A DNA stretch of 64,000 nucleotides from contig JABLXV010000001.1 in NCBI GenBank assembly GCA_013177895.1, forward strand, positions 22,056 to 86,055, given 5' to 3'. The translations under genes and the position numbers were made by a program. Positions within the stretch are counted from its first letter, which is position 1; every line of letters begins with the position of its first letter. Below are positions 9,789-18,942 of the stretch, one piece after another. The DNA comes from Brevinematales bacterium (GTDB taxonomy: Bacteria > Spirochaetota > Brevinematia > Brevinematales > GWF1-51-8). The notes under the pieces are model-generated. The model made no database searches and was not told the origin of the DNA. It saw only the letters and a list, made by a program, of their open reading frames with translations.

Positions 9789-10646
9789 ATGCAGACGGGT
9801 GATAACCTGAACGGAAAGATCATCGAACTATTGGATGCGGATCTGGAGCGCCGGGACGATCTGGTCGATATGATCCGCAAACTATCCAATGAGTATAAAA
9901 ACGAGGGCGAAGTCTGTAAACGTATTTTCCAGATTCTCGCCCATCTCGACCTCGAGGAAAAGGAAGCCGTCCGGCATTGGAACGCCATATCACGTCATAA
10001 GGGCGATATGGAAACCCGTTTGGGACGCTCGGTAGCGTTCCGTACCGCTCTCCTCGACTATTTCCTGACCGAGACCACCCTGATCAAGGCGCCGTCCATC
10101 GTCGAGTTTTATGTCTACGAGAGCGCGAAATACAATATCATGATCGACGACCTGACCGGGCTGTATAACCACCGTTTCCTACGGGAATTCCTCTGGAAGG
10201 AAACGAAGCGTTCCCTCCGCTATCATAAATCCTTCTCGATCGTCATCCTCGATATCGATAATTTCGAGGAAGTCAATACCCAATACGGCTACCTCGCGGG
10301 TAATGAGATCCTGAATTACGTGTCGAAGGTGATCGAGCATCATATGCGAATCGAGGATATCGCGGCGCGTTACGGCGGGGACGAATTCGTGCTGATCCTC
10401 CCGGAGACCGCCGGTGTGGGGGCGTTATCGTTCTGCGAGAGAATCAAGGAACTGATCGAGGAAGGGGATGTCGAATACGGCGACCGGACGATCGACGTCC
10501 GCGTGAGTATCGGCTATGCGACCTACCCGAGCGATCATGACGACCCGGTGGTTTTATTGGAATGCGCGGGTAAAGCGCTGTATCACGCTAAATTTATCGG
10601 TAAGGGAAGGATTGTGGCTTATTCTAAGAAGGACTTCGAGATATAA
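9789..10646 (+). CDS. Diguanylate cyclase (GGDEF domain) with uncharacterised N-terminal domain
   Basis: The GGDEF motif is RYGGDEFVLILPE, and DDLTGLYNHRFL lies at the start of the domain. I prefer the ATG at 9789 (GGGAG 5 nt upstream) over the TTG at 9777 used by the ORF track. Confidence 0.85.
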   Translation: MQTGDNLNGKIIELLDADLERRDDLVDMIRKLSNEYKNEGEVCKRIFQILAHLDLEEKEAVRHWNAISRHKGDMETRLGRSVAFRTALLDYFLTETTLIKAPSIVEFYVYESAKYNIMIDDLTGLYNHRFLREFLWKETKRSLRYHKSFSIVILDIDNFEEVNTQYGYLAGNEILNYVSKVIEHHMRIEDIAARYGGDEFVLILPETAGVGALSFCERIKELIEEGDVEYGDRTIDVRVSIGYATYPSDHDDPVVLLECAGKALYHAKFIGKGRIVAYSKKDFEI

Positions 10647-10670
10647 ACGACACGGGTTCCGATTTATCCG

Positions 10671-10871
10671 TTACTTCTCTTTAGGCTTGGATTTCTTCTT
10701 ATCACGGTACGCCGCGATCACCGCGATTATCGCCATCAGGAAGAATATCGCCATGACAGCAAGGGGCGAAAATTCATCGAAGAAGGGGTTCCCTATCAAA
10801 ACCTGGTACAATCCGAAGCACAGCATAATAATCAGGAACGCTATAGAAACCACTCTTACAGAACGCTTCAT
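10671..10871 (-). CDS. Small two-TM membrane protein with Lys-rich tail
   Basis: 66-aa ORF beginning 10 nt downstream of the TPR gene. It has two hydrophobic segments and ends KKKSKPKEK. Confidence 0.45.
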   Translation of the reverse strand: MKRSVRVVSIAFLIIMLCFGLYQVLIGNPFFDEFSPLAVMAIFFLMAIIAVIAAYRDKKKSKPKEK

Positions 10872-10881
10872 ACGTACCCCG

Positions 10882-12237
10882 TCATAAATTCTTCATGATG
10901 CCGGAAAGTTTCTGCCTGTCAAACAGGTCTACCGGCCGGTTCTCGGAGTATCTCATAGCCATAGGGGCGAATTTCCCGGTGGTGATATAGATAGAACGGA
11001 TACCGTGCTGGAGCTTGGTACGTTCGACCAGCGCGGCGACCTCGTCTTCCATGATGTCGTTATTACTCCGCGAGATCATCACAAGCACTCTTCCGCCGCG
11101 GACATTCCGCCATTTCTGGGATTTCTCCACCCCCACTATCTGCACCGTATCGTCGCCCATCATGGAACTTTCTATTACTTCGTACCCCAGTCCGCCTACC
11201 ACCTTCTGGCAGATATATTCATAGGTCGTAGGGGTCGCGGTCATCAGGTCTTTCAGTTTATCGTCGATACGGAGGTCTTCGTACTGCCCGAGTTTCGTCT
11301 GGACATCCTTGAAATTAGGCCGCATCTGCGAAACCTTCTCCCATTGTTCGACCGCTTCCAGAAGCCGGCGCTGTTTTTCGTACGCCAGACCCAGCGTATA
11401 ACGGATGGATATCATCACATTCGTATCGTCGGTGGAGTATTTCAGCGAACGCTCAAAGTCCGCTATCGAGTTCTCGATATCCCCCATCTCGAGCTTGCAC
11501 AAACCCTTCTGGAAGATGGACTTCACCTTCAGCAGGCTTTCCTTCGCCTTCTCGGATTCGTCGAACTCGGTGATCGCCTTCCCGAAGTTCCCCATCGCCT
11601 TCAGGATCATCCCCACATAGAAATGGGACTCGGAGTTCTTGGGCTCGAGCTTGAGACAGTTCATAAACGCGTTGAGAGCCTCGGTGGGATGGTTCATATC
11701 GTAATAGATCATCCCCAGAAGGAAGAAGCTGGGAGCGTGGTTATGGGTGATTTTCTGGACGCGTTCGAGGTAGGCGAGCGCCTGTTCGCGCATCCCGCGG
11801 TCGTAGAATATTTTCCCGATACTGTAAAGGTACTCGTAATTGTGGGGTTCGAGCTTGATGAGCAGGAGATACTCCTTCTGCGCCTCCTCGAACTGCCCGA
11901 ACTTCATATAGATATCCGCGAGACGTTTGCGGATAACTTTCTCGGTCGCGCTTTTATTGAACTTGCCGGACGACAGCACCTGCTTGTATTCGACCAGCCC
12001 CATTTCGAGGTTCCCGCTGTAGTAATAACTTTCCGCGAGATAGAGGTGCGCGAGCGGGTTACTCTCGTCGTTCTTCAGAAACGTATTCAGGGAGTTGATG
12101 GCATCCTGATACTTTCCAGCCTCCATGAGCTTCTTAATGTTATCCAGTTTATGCGGATTCACCAGCGCGCGCATGAGATAAAACAATCCCAATCCGACCG
12201 CTATCAAGATTAATCCGCCAAGTATGATAATATCCAT
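10882..12237 (-). CDS. Membrane-anchored TPR protein with C-terminal Mrr-cat-like (restriction-endonuclease-fold) domain
   Basis: 451-aa ORF with an N-terminal TM and multiple TPR-like repeats. The C-terminal ~110 aa (YEYICQKVVGGLGYEVIE..GDDTVQIVG..RVLVMISR..IYITTGKFAPMA) follow the Mrr_cat pattern, but ISR stands where the (E/Q)xK is expected. Confidence 0.65.
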   Translation of the reverse strand: MDIIILGGLILIAVGLGLFYLMRALVNPHKLDNIKKLMEAGKYQDAINSLNTFLKNDESNPLAHLYLAESYYYSGNLEMGLVEYKQVLSSGKFNKSATEKVIRKRLADIYMKFGQFEEAQKEYLLLIKLEPHNYEYLYSIGKIFYDRGMREQALAYLERVQKITHNHAPSFFLLGMIYYDMNHPTEALNAFMNCLKLEPKNSESHFYVGMILKAMGNFGKAITEFDESEKAKESLLKVKSIFQKGLCKLEMGDIENSIADFERSLKYSTDDTNVMISIRYTLGLAYEKQRRLLEAVEQWEKVSQMRPNFKDVQTKLGQYEDLRIDDKLKDLMTATPTTYEYICQKVVGGLGYEVIESSMMGDDTVQIVGVEKSQKWRNVRGGRVLVMISRSNNDIMEDEVAALVERTKLQHGIRSIYITTGKFAPMAMRYSENRPVDLFDRQKLSGIMKNL

Positions 12238-12269
12238 TCCTAACTCCCTAACTCATAAGATTCGGGGTC

Positions 12270-14486
12270 CTAGAGACCCGATAGATACGAATCCACTTTT
12301 CCTATATTTTCATATTTCGGGAACTTGGTTTTCAGTTCCGAAAACACCTTCTTCGCCTGATCGTTGTTCTGCTGGAGAATATAACATTCCCCGAGGCGGA
12401 AATACGCGTCCGCGTTCTTGCCGCCCGATAACTTGATCGACTTCTCATAATAGTTTACCGCATCGGGATAATTCTTCGTCTTATAGAAGATATCCGCGAG
12501 CGCGACCATCGTCTCGATATCCGTCGGGTCTTTATCGAGCGCGTTCTTGTACGCGCCGACCGCATCGTCGTAAATACCGCTCTTTACATACGCGTCGCCC
12601 ATCCCCTTATATCCCATGCTGGAATAAGGGTTGAGGTCTACCGCCTCCTTGAAATTCTTCAACGCCTTGTCGTAATCGCCGCGTTTCAGATAAAGTGTGC
12701 CTAATCCTATATAAGCATCGGAATCTTTAGTGTTAAATTGAAGTCCTTTGTTGTAAGAGGCTTCCGCTTCGGTATATTCCTTCAGCGCTAGGTAACTATT
12801 GCCCAGATTGATGTGGGATGAGGCATAATCGTTCTTGAGCGAAATCGACTGCTGGTACATCTTGATCGCGCTCGCGTGATTCCCGAAATTCGCGAGCATC
12901 CGCGCGTAATTGTAGGCCGTAAGGAAATCCCCGCTGTCCATGCTATAGGACTTCTCGTATGCCTTCAGCGCCTTATTATAATTCTTCATTTCCTCATACG
13001 CGTTCCCCAGTTTCTGGTACGCCTTCGCGGTCGGGCTGACGGCGATACTTTTCTCGAGGAAATTTACCGATTTCTGATACTGTTTATTGTCATAGTAGAG
13101 ATAGCCCACGTTCAGGAGGGGCTTGTAGTTCTCCGGGTCTTTCTGGATAGACTGCTCGAAGTACTTGAGCGCGTTATTGTTATCGTTCAGCTTCGAATAG
13201 GTCAACCCGAGGTTGTAATAGACTTTCTTATAATTCGGGTCGATGTCGATCGTGGTCGTGAACTCCTTGCGGGCGGTCTGGTAGTCCGCCTTGAGGTAAG
13301 CGATCACGCCGAGCATAAAATGCGCGTCCGCGTTATTGGGGTTACTCTGCACCGACTTGCTCAGCTCGCTGCGGGAGTCGTCGTAAAGTTTCTCGTCGAA
13401 AAATATCTTGCCGAGCGTATAATGCGCGGTCGGATGGTTCGGATCCTTACCGAGCGCCTGACGCGACTGATCCATCGCCTTCTGCTTATCGCCCTTCTCG
13501 TAATACGTAAGCCCTTCCTCCGCCCACGCGTCCGCGTTGTTGGGGTCGAGCTTCTTGGCTTCCTCGAACGAATCGACCGCCTTATCGTAATACCCCGCCT
13601 TCCGGTACTTGACGCCGTTGGCAATCAGCTGCTTCGCCTTCTCCTGCGGGGAGAGCCCGTCGGTCGGGAGAGTGACCACCGGTTCGGGCTTCTTTACCGT
13701 ATCGACCGGCTTCTTGCCGGTATCGATACCGGTATCGGCGGGCGACGAATTCTGTACGATGATCGTCGGGTTCTGCTTCTGCGCGTCCTTGAGCTTCTTT
13801 TTCTCGATAATCATTTTACGGAGTTCGTCGATCTTCGGGTTATTCGGTTCGATATCTTCGGCGGTATCCACCAAGTCCAACGCACGGTCGAATTCCTCAT
13901 AACGCAGGTATTCCTCGGCGCGCGCGAGCAGCTTCTGCACCTGCGGGTTCTGGCTGGTATCTTCGATATTGATAATATTCGTCATACCGCCGTTCCCCCA
14001 CGGGTTCGCGGGATTGCCGGCGTTGAGGATAGTCATCACCGTGCCGAGCAGAAGCCCCAGAAGGAGAACCGCGTACCAGATAATAATCATCCTGCGGTCT
14101 TTCTTGTCGCCCTCGTCTTTCTTCGGCGCGCCGGGGTTCATATACTGGGTGATATCCTCCGACGACGCGGTCATCCACAACGGGGAGGCGTCGGTTTGCT
14201 TCGTTTCGGGTTTCTTCGGAGCCGTGGCGGGCTTTCCCTTCTTCGGGGGCGCCGATTTGATGGTTTGAGATTTTACGTTCGATTTGGGGGATTCTTTCTT
14301 CGGGGCGGCCGGTTTTGCTTTAGGGGCGGTTTTGGCCGCGGGTTTCACTGCCGCCGGAGCGGCTTTTTTCTTCACAGGCGCGGCGTCCGCTTTTTTAATA
14401 GCCGGCTTCTTTGCCGCCGTTTTCTTCCCGCCGGATGCGGGGCTTTTTCCTTGCGCGGCGGGGGCCTTTTTTTTGTCTTCAGCCAT
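12270..14486 (-). CDS. TPR repeat protein with Lys/Ala/Pro-rich N-terminus and one TM segment
   Basis: 738-aa ORF with a GGAGGA RBS. The N-terminal ~100 aa are KKPAxK-type low complexity. A TM segment (IIWYAVLLLGLLLGTVMTIL) follows, then more than 10 TPR units (AxxxLGxxYxxxxxYxxAxxxF). Confidence 0.8.
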   Translation of the reverse strand: MAEDKKKAPAAQGKSPASGGKKTAAKKPAIKKADAAPVKKKAAPAAVKPAAKTAPKAKPAAPKKESPKSNVKSQTIKSAPPKKGKPATAPKKPETKQTDASPLWMTASSEDITQYMNPGAPKKDEGDKKDRRMIIIWYAVLLLGLLLGTVMTILNAGNPANPWGNGGMTNIINIEDTSQNPQVQKLLARAEEYLRYEEFDRALDLVDTAEDIEPNNPKIDELRKMIIEKKKLKDAQKQNPTIIVQNSSPADTGIDTGKKPVDTVKKPEPVVTLPTDGLSPQEKAKQLIANGVKYRKAGYYDKAVDSFEEAKKLDPNNADAWAEEGLTYYEKGDKQKAMDQSRQALGKDPNHPTAHYTLGKIFFDEKLYDDSRSELSKSVQSNPNNADAHFMLGVIAYLKADYQTARKEFTTTIDIDPNYKKVYYNLGLTYSKLNDNNNALKYFEQSIQKDPENYKPLLNVGYLYYDNKQYQKSVNFLEKSIAVSPTAKAYQKLGNAYEEMKNYNKALKAYEKSYSMDSGDFLTAYNYARMLANFGNHASAIKMYQQSISLKNDYASSHINLGNSYLALKEYTEAEASYNKGLQFNTKDSDAYIGLGTLYLKRGDYDKALKNFKEAVDLNPYSSMGYKGMGDAYVKSGIYDDAVGAYKNALDKDPTDIETMVALADIFYKTKNYPDAVNYYEKSIKLSGGKNADAYFRLGECYILQQNNDQAKKVFSELKTKFPKYENIGKVDSYLSGL

Positions 14487-14497
14487 AGTTCCTCCCC

Positions 14498-15214
14498 TTA
14501 CATCTCTATATCTTCCATCTGGGAATCCTCTCCCTTACCCTTATCGCCGGGCTTCACATCGCCCAGAACCCCTTCTATATCAGGAAGTTTCGTCGTCACC
14601 TGTACGCCCTTGTTCGTCGACTGAGTATTCGTCCCGCTCGCCAGTAAATCCACCCCGTCGGGCGGAAACTGGAAATTGGTCGCTTTCAGTATCTCAATCG
14701 CCTTCATAATATTCGTTGTCTGCGGTCCCTGCGGCGCGAGCGCGATATAGCTTTCCCATTCGCGTATCACCGATTCCTTATCCCGCAGACGGTAATACGC
14801 CATCCCCTTCGCCCAGTATGTCTGAGTCATCCCGGGGTTCATCGCGTAGGACTTATTAAAATACGCGATGGAATTCGTGTAGTCCTTCTTCAGGTAGTAC
14901 GCATATCCCATCTGGTACAGCACAGTCGACTGAAAATCCGCGGCGCCCGAAAACTCGTAAGCGACCAGGTAATTATCGAGGGCGGAATCGTATTCCTTGT
15001 TGTTCAGGAACAGGTACGCGTTGCCGAGGTAAAAATAGACATTCGCGTCATGGTACCCTTCCTGTATCGCCTTCTTGAACGAGCCGATCGACTGCAGAAA
15101 TTTTTTCTGCTTGTAGAACGCCATTCCGGCCTTATAATTAGGGTTATCTTCCACACTGTAGACAATCGCCAAGCCCAGAAGCATGATGAATAACGCCGTA
15201 ACTATCCGGGTCAT
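14498..15214 (-). CDS. Secreted/anchored TPR repeat protein
   Basis: 238-aa ORF with an N-terminal hydrophobic segment (IVTALFIMLLGLAIVYS) and TPR-like repeats. It is the first gene of a four-gene minus-strand cluster with 10-32 nt gaps. Confidence 0.75.
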   Translation of the reverse strand: MTRIVTALFIMLLGLAIVYSVEDNPNYKAGMAFYKQKKFLQSIGSFKKAIQEGYHDANVYFYLGNAYLFLNNKEYDSALDNYLVAYEFSGAADFQSTVLYQMGYAYYLKKDYTNSIAYFNKSYAMNPGMTQTYWAKGMAYYRLRDKESVIREWESYIALAPQGPQTTNIMKAIEILKATNFQFPPDGVDLLASGTNTQSTNKGVQVTTKLPDIEGVLGDVKPGDKGKGEDSQMEDIEM

Positions 15215-15479
15215 TTTCCGCTCCTTATGGACATCTCATCTTATACTACGCGGTAAACACTTCATTATAACATTCCGCGTAACTTCCGATTTGCCCATAG
15301 TACAATATATCCCGCATTCTTATTTTCGGCAATATATCGGCTTGCATAAGTAAAACAGCCGCGATAACCTGAGTATTATTCCGCGCGATCCCGAATAAAA
15401 AAATCATTTGAGAAATACGCGCGAAAATATTTCCCCACATAATTTTAGCGTTAAATAGCAATAAAGTCAACTGCTGCGC

Positions 15480-15962
15480 AGGCTAAACCCGACTCCACGG
15501 ATGGAGAAGTCCCGCGTGCACATGGATGTGCAGAAGCGGGACGACCCGCAGGACGCGGGAAGTCCCGCAGCGACAGCTTGCCTTCCGTTTCCTACGGGAG
15601 GGGATGTGCAGGAGCGGGACGATTTCATTCTCCAAACTTTATTCAAAAAATTCCCTGCTATATAGAAGCTATTCGGTAAACACATCACTCAGGCTTCGAC
15701 AGGCTCAGCCTGACCGGAGCAAGCACTTTACCCGAAGCACGGGTAGCATTCCCGCAGGGTAACTGTATATTTCCACCGGCCGCCGAGCGCAGCCGAGGCG
15801 CGACCATCAAGTGTCCATGAACGCCACCCGAAGCACGGGTAGCATTCCCGCAGGGGATGCCGATGGGTGTGAATAACCTCTATATCATGCTTCGGCAGGC
15901 TCATGCTTCGGCAGGCTCAGCATGACTCTGCGCGCAACATCTATATTCCCGCGGGGGATGCC
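15480..15962. repeat. Repeat- and hairpin-dense intergenic mosaic
   Basis: A direct repeat acccgaagcacgggtagcattcccgcaggg occurs at 15730-15759 and 15826-15855. A tandem catgcttcggcaggct x2 lies at about 15886-15917. GCGGGAAGTCCCGC-type palindromes are present, together with cttcgacaggctcagcctgac (an A-family unit). Confidence 0.8.
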
Positions 15963-15970
15963 GGCTTAAA

Positions 15971-16639
15971 TTAGTACGTAAACTCCGGGAGAGATGAGAA
16001 CGGATAGATGGGGTTATGGATGAGGTAGCCGTCGCCGCCGAGATACTTGATCTCCTTGCCGTTCATCGAGAACGAGACTCCCTGCACCGCGGTAAACTGC
16101 GCGGCGGTATAGACGATCTGGTAAATCTGTATCTGGTAGCCGAGCGTACCGTAGGAGTTCTGCCCGAACGCGTCGGTAAAATCGATAGTGGCGATGCCGC
16201 CTGTGATGCTGATACTGCGGATTTTCGTCTGGTACGGGATATAGTTCTCGATATCGCCGTCCCCCCGGTAGGAGATCAGCAGATTGAGGGTATCCTGTAA
16301 TAACGTCTGGCTGACCGGGACTACCGCCTCGACGGGTATCAGGCGCACCTTGGTAGCGGACGTTTTCCCGAGATATAACGTTACCTTGATTTCTTTTTCG
16401 CCCGGTAACGCGTTGGTCTGCTCGATTAACGGATTAACGACGGCCGCGTTCGTTTTCATAGTGTTGGTGTTCAGGGGTGAATTGTTGGTGGAAATAAGTT
16501 TACCGAATCCGCCGTCGTAGAGCGTCTTGGAATAGGAGATAAAAAACGCGATAACTCCGGCGGTGACAATCCATATTAACGGGGTATACTTGCCGGTCTT
16601 GCGTTTTCTGCTGCGCGACGAGGTCTTTTTTTCAGGCAT
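15971..16639 (-). CDS. GerMN domain-containing membrane-anchored protein
   Basis: 222-aa ORF with a basic N-terminus and a TM segment. The GerMN-like region reads IATIDFTDAF...YQIVYTAAQFTAVQGVSFSMNGKEIKYLGGDG. Confidence 0.65.
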   Translation of the reverse strand: MPEKKTSSRSRKRKTGKYTPLIWIVTAGVIAFFISYSKTLYDGGFGKLISTNNSPLNTNTMKTNAAVVNPLIEQTNALPGEKEIKVTLYLGKTSATKVRLIPVEAVVPVSQTLLQDTLNLLISYRGDGDIENYIPYQTKIRSISITGGIATIDFTDAFGQNSYGTLGYQIQIYQIVYTAAQFTAVQGVSFSMNGKEIKYLGGDGYLIHNPIYPFSSLPEFTY

Positions 16640-16642
16640 CGA

Positions 16643-17110
16643 CTACGATATTTCTTCTTCTTTCGCTACAAGGAGTTCGTAGAAAGCCTGCGGAGTTTTC
16701 ACCTTTTCAATCGCTTTCTCGAGATCGGTCTTCTCGTAGATCTCGGCGATAATCCTCAGGACTTCGAGCTGCTCGTGCGGCGAATAGTCGTCCGACGCGA
16801 TCGCGGTAAAGAAAAGGTGCGACGGCTTCTTGTCATAAGCGTCGAAATCCTTCCCTTCGGGATCGTAGACCACAATCAGATGCATTCCATCGATACGCGG
16901 GCTGCGCCCGTGCGGGATAGCAAGGCCGTTACCGACTCCGGTAGACCCTTTTTTCTCGCGTTCGAGGATAGCCTTGAACACGTCCTTCTTATCGATACCG
17001 GGATGCGATAGGGATAAAAAGTCCGCGAGTTCCTGCAATATATCTTCTTTGGTCTTTCCTTCCAATCCGACCTTAACATATTCCGGCTTTAAGAGTTCCG
17101 CCAGTTTCAT
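16643..17110 (-). CDS. ptsN: PTS EIIA type-2 (PtsN/EIIA-Ntr-like) regulatory protein
   Basis: The phospho-His loop is GVGNGLAIPHGR, preceded by the N-terminal VKVGLEGKTKEDILQEL. I prefer the ATG at 17110 (GGAGG 8 nt upstream) over 17170. Confidence 0.8.
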   Translation of the reverse strand: MKLAELLKPEYVKVGLEGKTKEDILQELADFLSLSHPGIDKKDVFKAILEREKKGSTGVGNGLAIPHGRSPRIDGMHLIVVYDPEGKDFDAYDKKPSHLFFTAIASDDYSPHEQLEVLRIIAEIYEKTDLEKAIEKVKTPQAFYELLVAKEEEIS

Positions 17111-17188
17111 AACCGCCTCCATCCAAATATTTATTGGAATAGCTCTAATAATTAGAGTATTATAATTCAATTCGTAAATAAAGACAAC

Positions 17189-18934
17189 TTAAATTTCATT
17201 ATCTAATTTAACTTTTGTACCCACAAACGAATTCCCGTAAAAATCGAAAAACTCCTTCATCGTATGCAGGTGACGGATATTCTGCAGGAGCGTATTCTCA
17301 TGCATCCGGTAAAAGAAATTATCCCCGTTCAGGAAATCTTCCACATATTTTACGCCGAACCCGTTTTTTTTGCAATATTCTTCAATCGATTTTAACACTT
17401 CCAAATCGAACACTAAAAACGTGTGGGGTTCTATCTCGATTACTTTATTTTTAAAGTTTTCCTTGACCTGCGAGGACTCCTGCGAGTTCAGCTGGATGAT
17501 CTTGTATTGCTTCATATCATGGATATCCAAACTGCCGATAAAACTCTCGATGCCGGTCACTACGTTTTCCGGGAGTTCGTGCTTGGAGTGCTTGGCGAGG
17601 AACTTCAGAATCTCGTCCTTCTTGATACCGTAGGCGAACGAACGGTAGATCGACTCCTTGGTGATCTTGAATATCGAGATAGTCTGGATAGTGACCGGTT
17701 CCGCGATCACGGCGAGCTTCAGGAGCACCTTGGGCTTCAGATACGGCTCGACAATCACCTCATAATTCGGCTCGACTATAAAGCTCCGGTTCTTGAACTT
17801 CGCGGAGAAGTCGGCGTTCTTCAGGAGAGAACTATGGGGTTCGTTCATTATTATATAATCCTTCGCGATTGAGACCGAACCCTCGTCGCTGCGTTTGATA
17901 GCCGCGATATTCTCGTTCTCGAGCGCCTTCACGAAAAACGTGAATTTCAGCTCCTGGTGCTGAATGTACTGTTTGAGGTTTTTTACCTCGTTCTTCAGCA
18001 CGAAGTACATTTCGCAGTTCAGGAAATAGAAAAATAATTCCCGCAGCGATAACCCGTTAGGACGGTTAGCCAGTATCTTCAATGTCATAAAGTAGCTTTT
18101 TTTGAAATCGAACTTGTCCATAAATTTATACAGGAACACGATAAAGAGCTGTTCGTTCACCGAGAGGGAAACGATACGTTCGAATATGTTCTTATTGACT
18201 ACTATCCGGTTATTCAGCTTCTCGAAAAACCCGAACTGCGAGAGCTTTTTTATAATATTATCGATCCGTTCCTTCGGGGCGAAATCGGAGAAATAGTCGG
18301 ACATTTTCACAAAGTCGATCTTGTGGATTTCGTTGGTCTCGGAACTGCGCGGAGAGAATGTCACAATATACGACAGCATCCCCGCGATCAGGGTAATATG
18401 CTGATAGGTGGAAAGTTCCTCACGGAGTTCTCCGAGCTCGATATTTTCTTCGTTCTCAGTCGGGGCATACCCCTCTTCTTCCATAATCGCCGCGATACTG
18501 TCGAGGAACACTTTAGGTGCGAACAGGAGATTGTACCGTTTCAGCCGCTCCAGCTTGAATAAAAGGAACTTTCCCATCAGGGATTCTATTGTTTTGCGGA
18601 CGACTGCCGCGTCGAACTTATAGATCATCGAAATTATCCCTATCATCGAATCGATCTGCTCGAACACGAGCCATCCGAAGCATTGGTTCAGTATATAGAC
18701 TAGAAGACGCTCGTCGCTGTTTAACTGCGAATAGATTTCCCTCGCGTTCTCGCGGAAATACGAATAGACATGGTGCATTCTCGACGTGTTTTCACTGGTG
18801 TACAGCGATAACTCATGGTCTTTTTGCAGGTAGAAGTCGGCAATTTTCTTTACCAGTTTGGGTTCTTCCGGTATCATCCTGTCCATCGCAGGGAGTTCCA
18901 TAAACGGAACCATCTCGTTATTAACGGTCAGCAT
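17189..18934 (-). CDS. XPB-associated protein with p52/Tfb2-like and XPB-NTD-like C-terminal region
   Basis: 581-aa ORF starting 8 nt after the XPB stop. The segment FIVEPNYEVIVEPYL...IFKITKESIYRSFAYGIKKDEILKFLAKHSKHELPENVVTGIESF parallels the XPB N-terminus FYRITPISLWNAAANGMPLESILAILEQYKKYDIPKNIVEYV. No catalytic motif is evident. Confidence 0.6.
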   Translation of the reverse strand: MLTVNNEMVPFMELPAMDRMIPEEPKLVKKIADFYLQKDHELSLYTSENTSRMHHVYSYFRENAREIYSQLNSDERLLVYILNQCFGWLVFEQIDSMIGIISMIYKFDAAVVRKTIESLMGKFLLFKLERLKRYNLLFAPKVFLDSIAAIMEEEGYAPTENEENIELGELREELSTYQHITLIAGMLSYIVTFSPRSSETNEIHKIDFVKMSDYFSDFAPKERIDNIIKKLSQFGFFEKLNNRIVVNKNIFERIVSLSVNEQLFIVFLYKFMDKFDFKKSYFMTLKILANRPNGLSLRELFFYFLNCEMYFVLKNEVKNLKQYIQHQELKFTFFVKALENENIAAIKRSDEGSVSIAKDYIIMNEPHSSLLKNADFSAKFKNRSFIVEPNYEVIVEPYLKPKVLLKLAVIAEPVTIQTISIFKITKESIYRSFAYGIKKDEILKFLAKHSKHELPENVVTGIESFIGSLDIHDMKQYKIIQLNSQESSQVKENFKNKVIEIEPHTFLVFDLEVLKSIEEYCKKNGFGVKYVEDFLNGDNFFYRMHENTLLQNIRHLHTMKEFFDFYGNSFVGTKVKLDNEI

Positions 18935-18942
18935 AAGTTACC

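Noticed and set aside
12876-14624. 582-aa plus-strand ORF, and the similar 402-aa ORF at 11005..12213
   Set aside because: Both lie antisense to well-supported TPR genes. The products are Arg/Leu/Val/Gly-rich low complexity with no SD or recognisable motifs. This is the typical stop-poor mirror frame of a codon-biased gene.
15246-15470. 74-aa minus-strand ORF downstream of the TPR operon
   Set aside because: No RBS and no motif. It sits in an AT-rich spacer bordering the repeat mosaic, so I cannot support it as coding.
15540-15580. RNase P-like GGAAGTCCCGC string, and a general look for RNase P, SRP, tmRNA and riboswitch signatures in intergenic regions
   Set aside because: Only the short GAAGTCCCGC palindrome is present, and it belongs to the local repeat family. 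None of the surrounding conserved RNase P, SRP or tmRNA elements could be found by eye.
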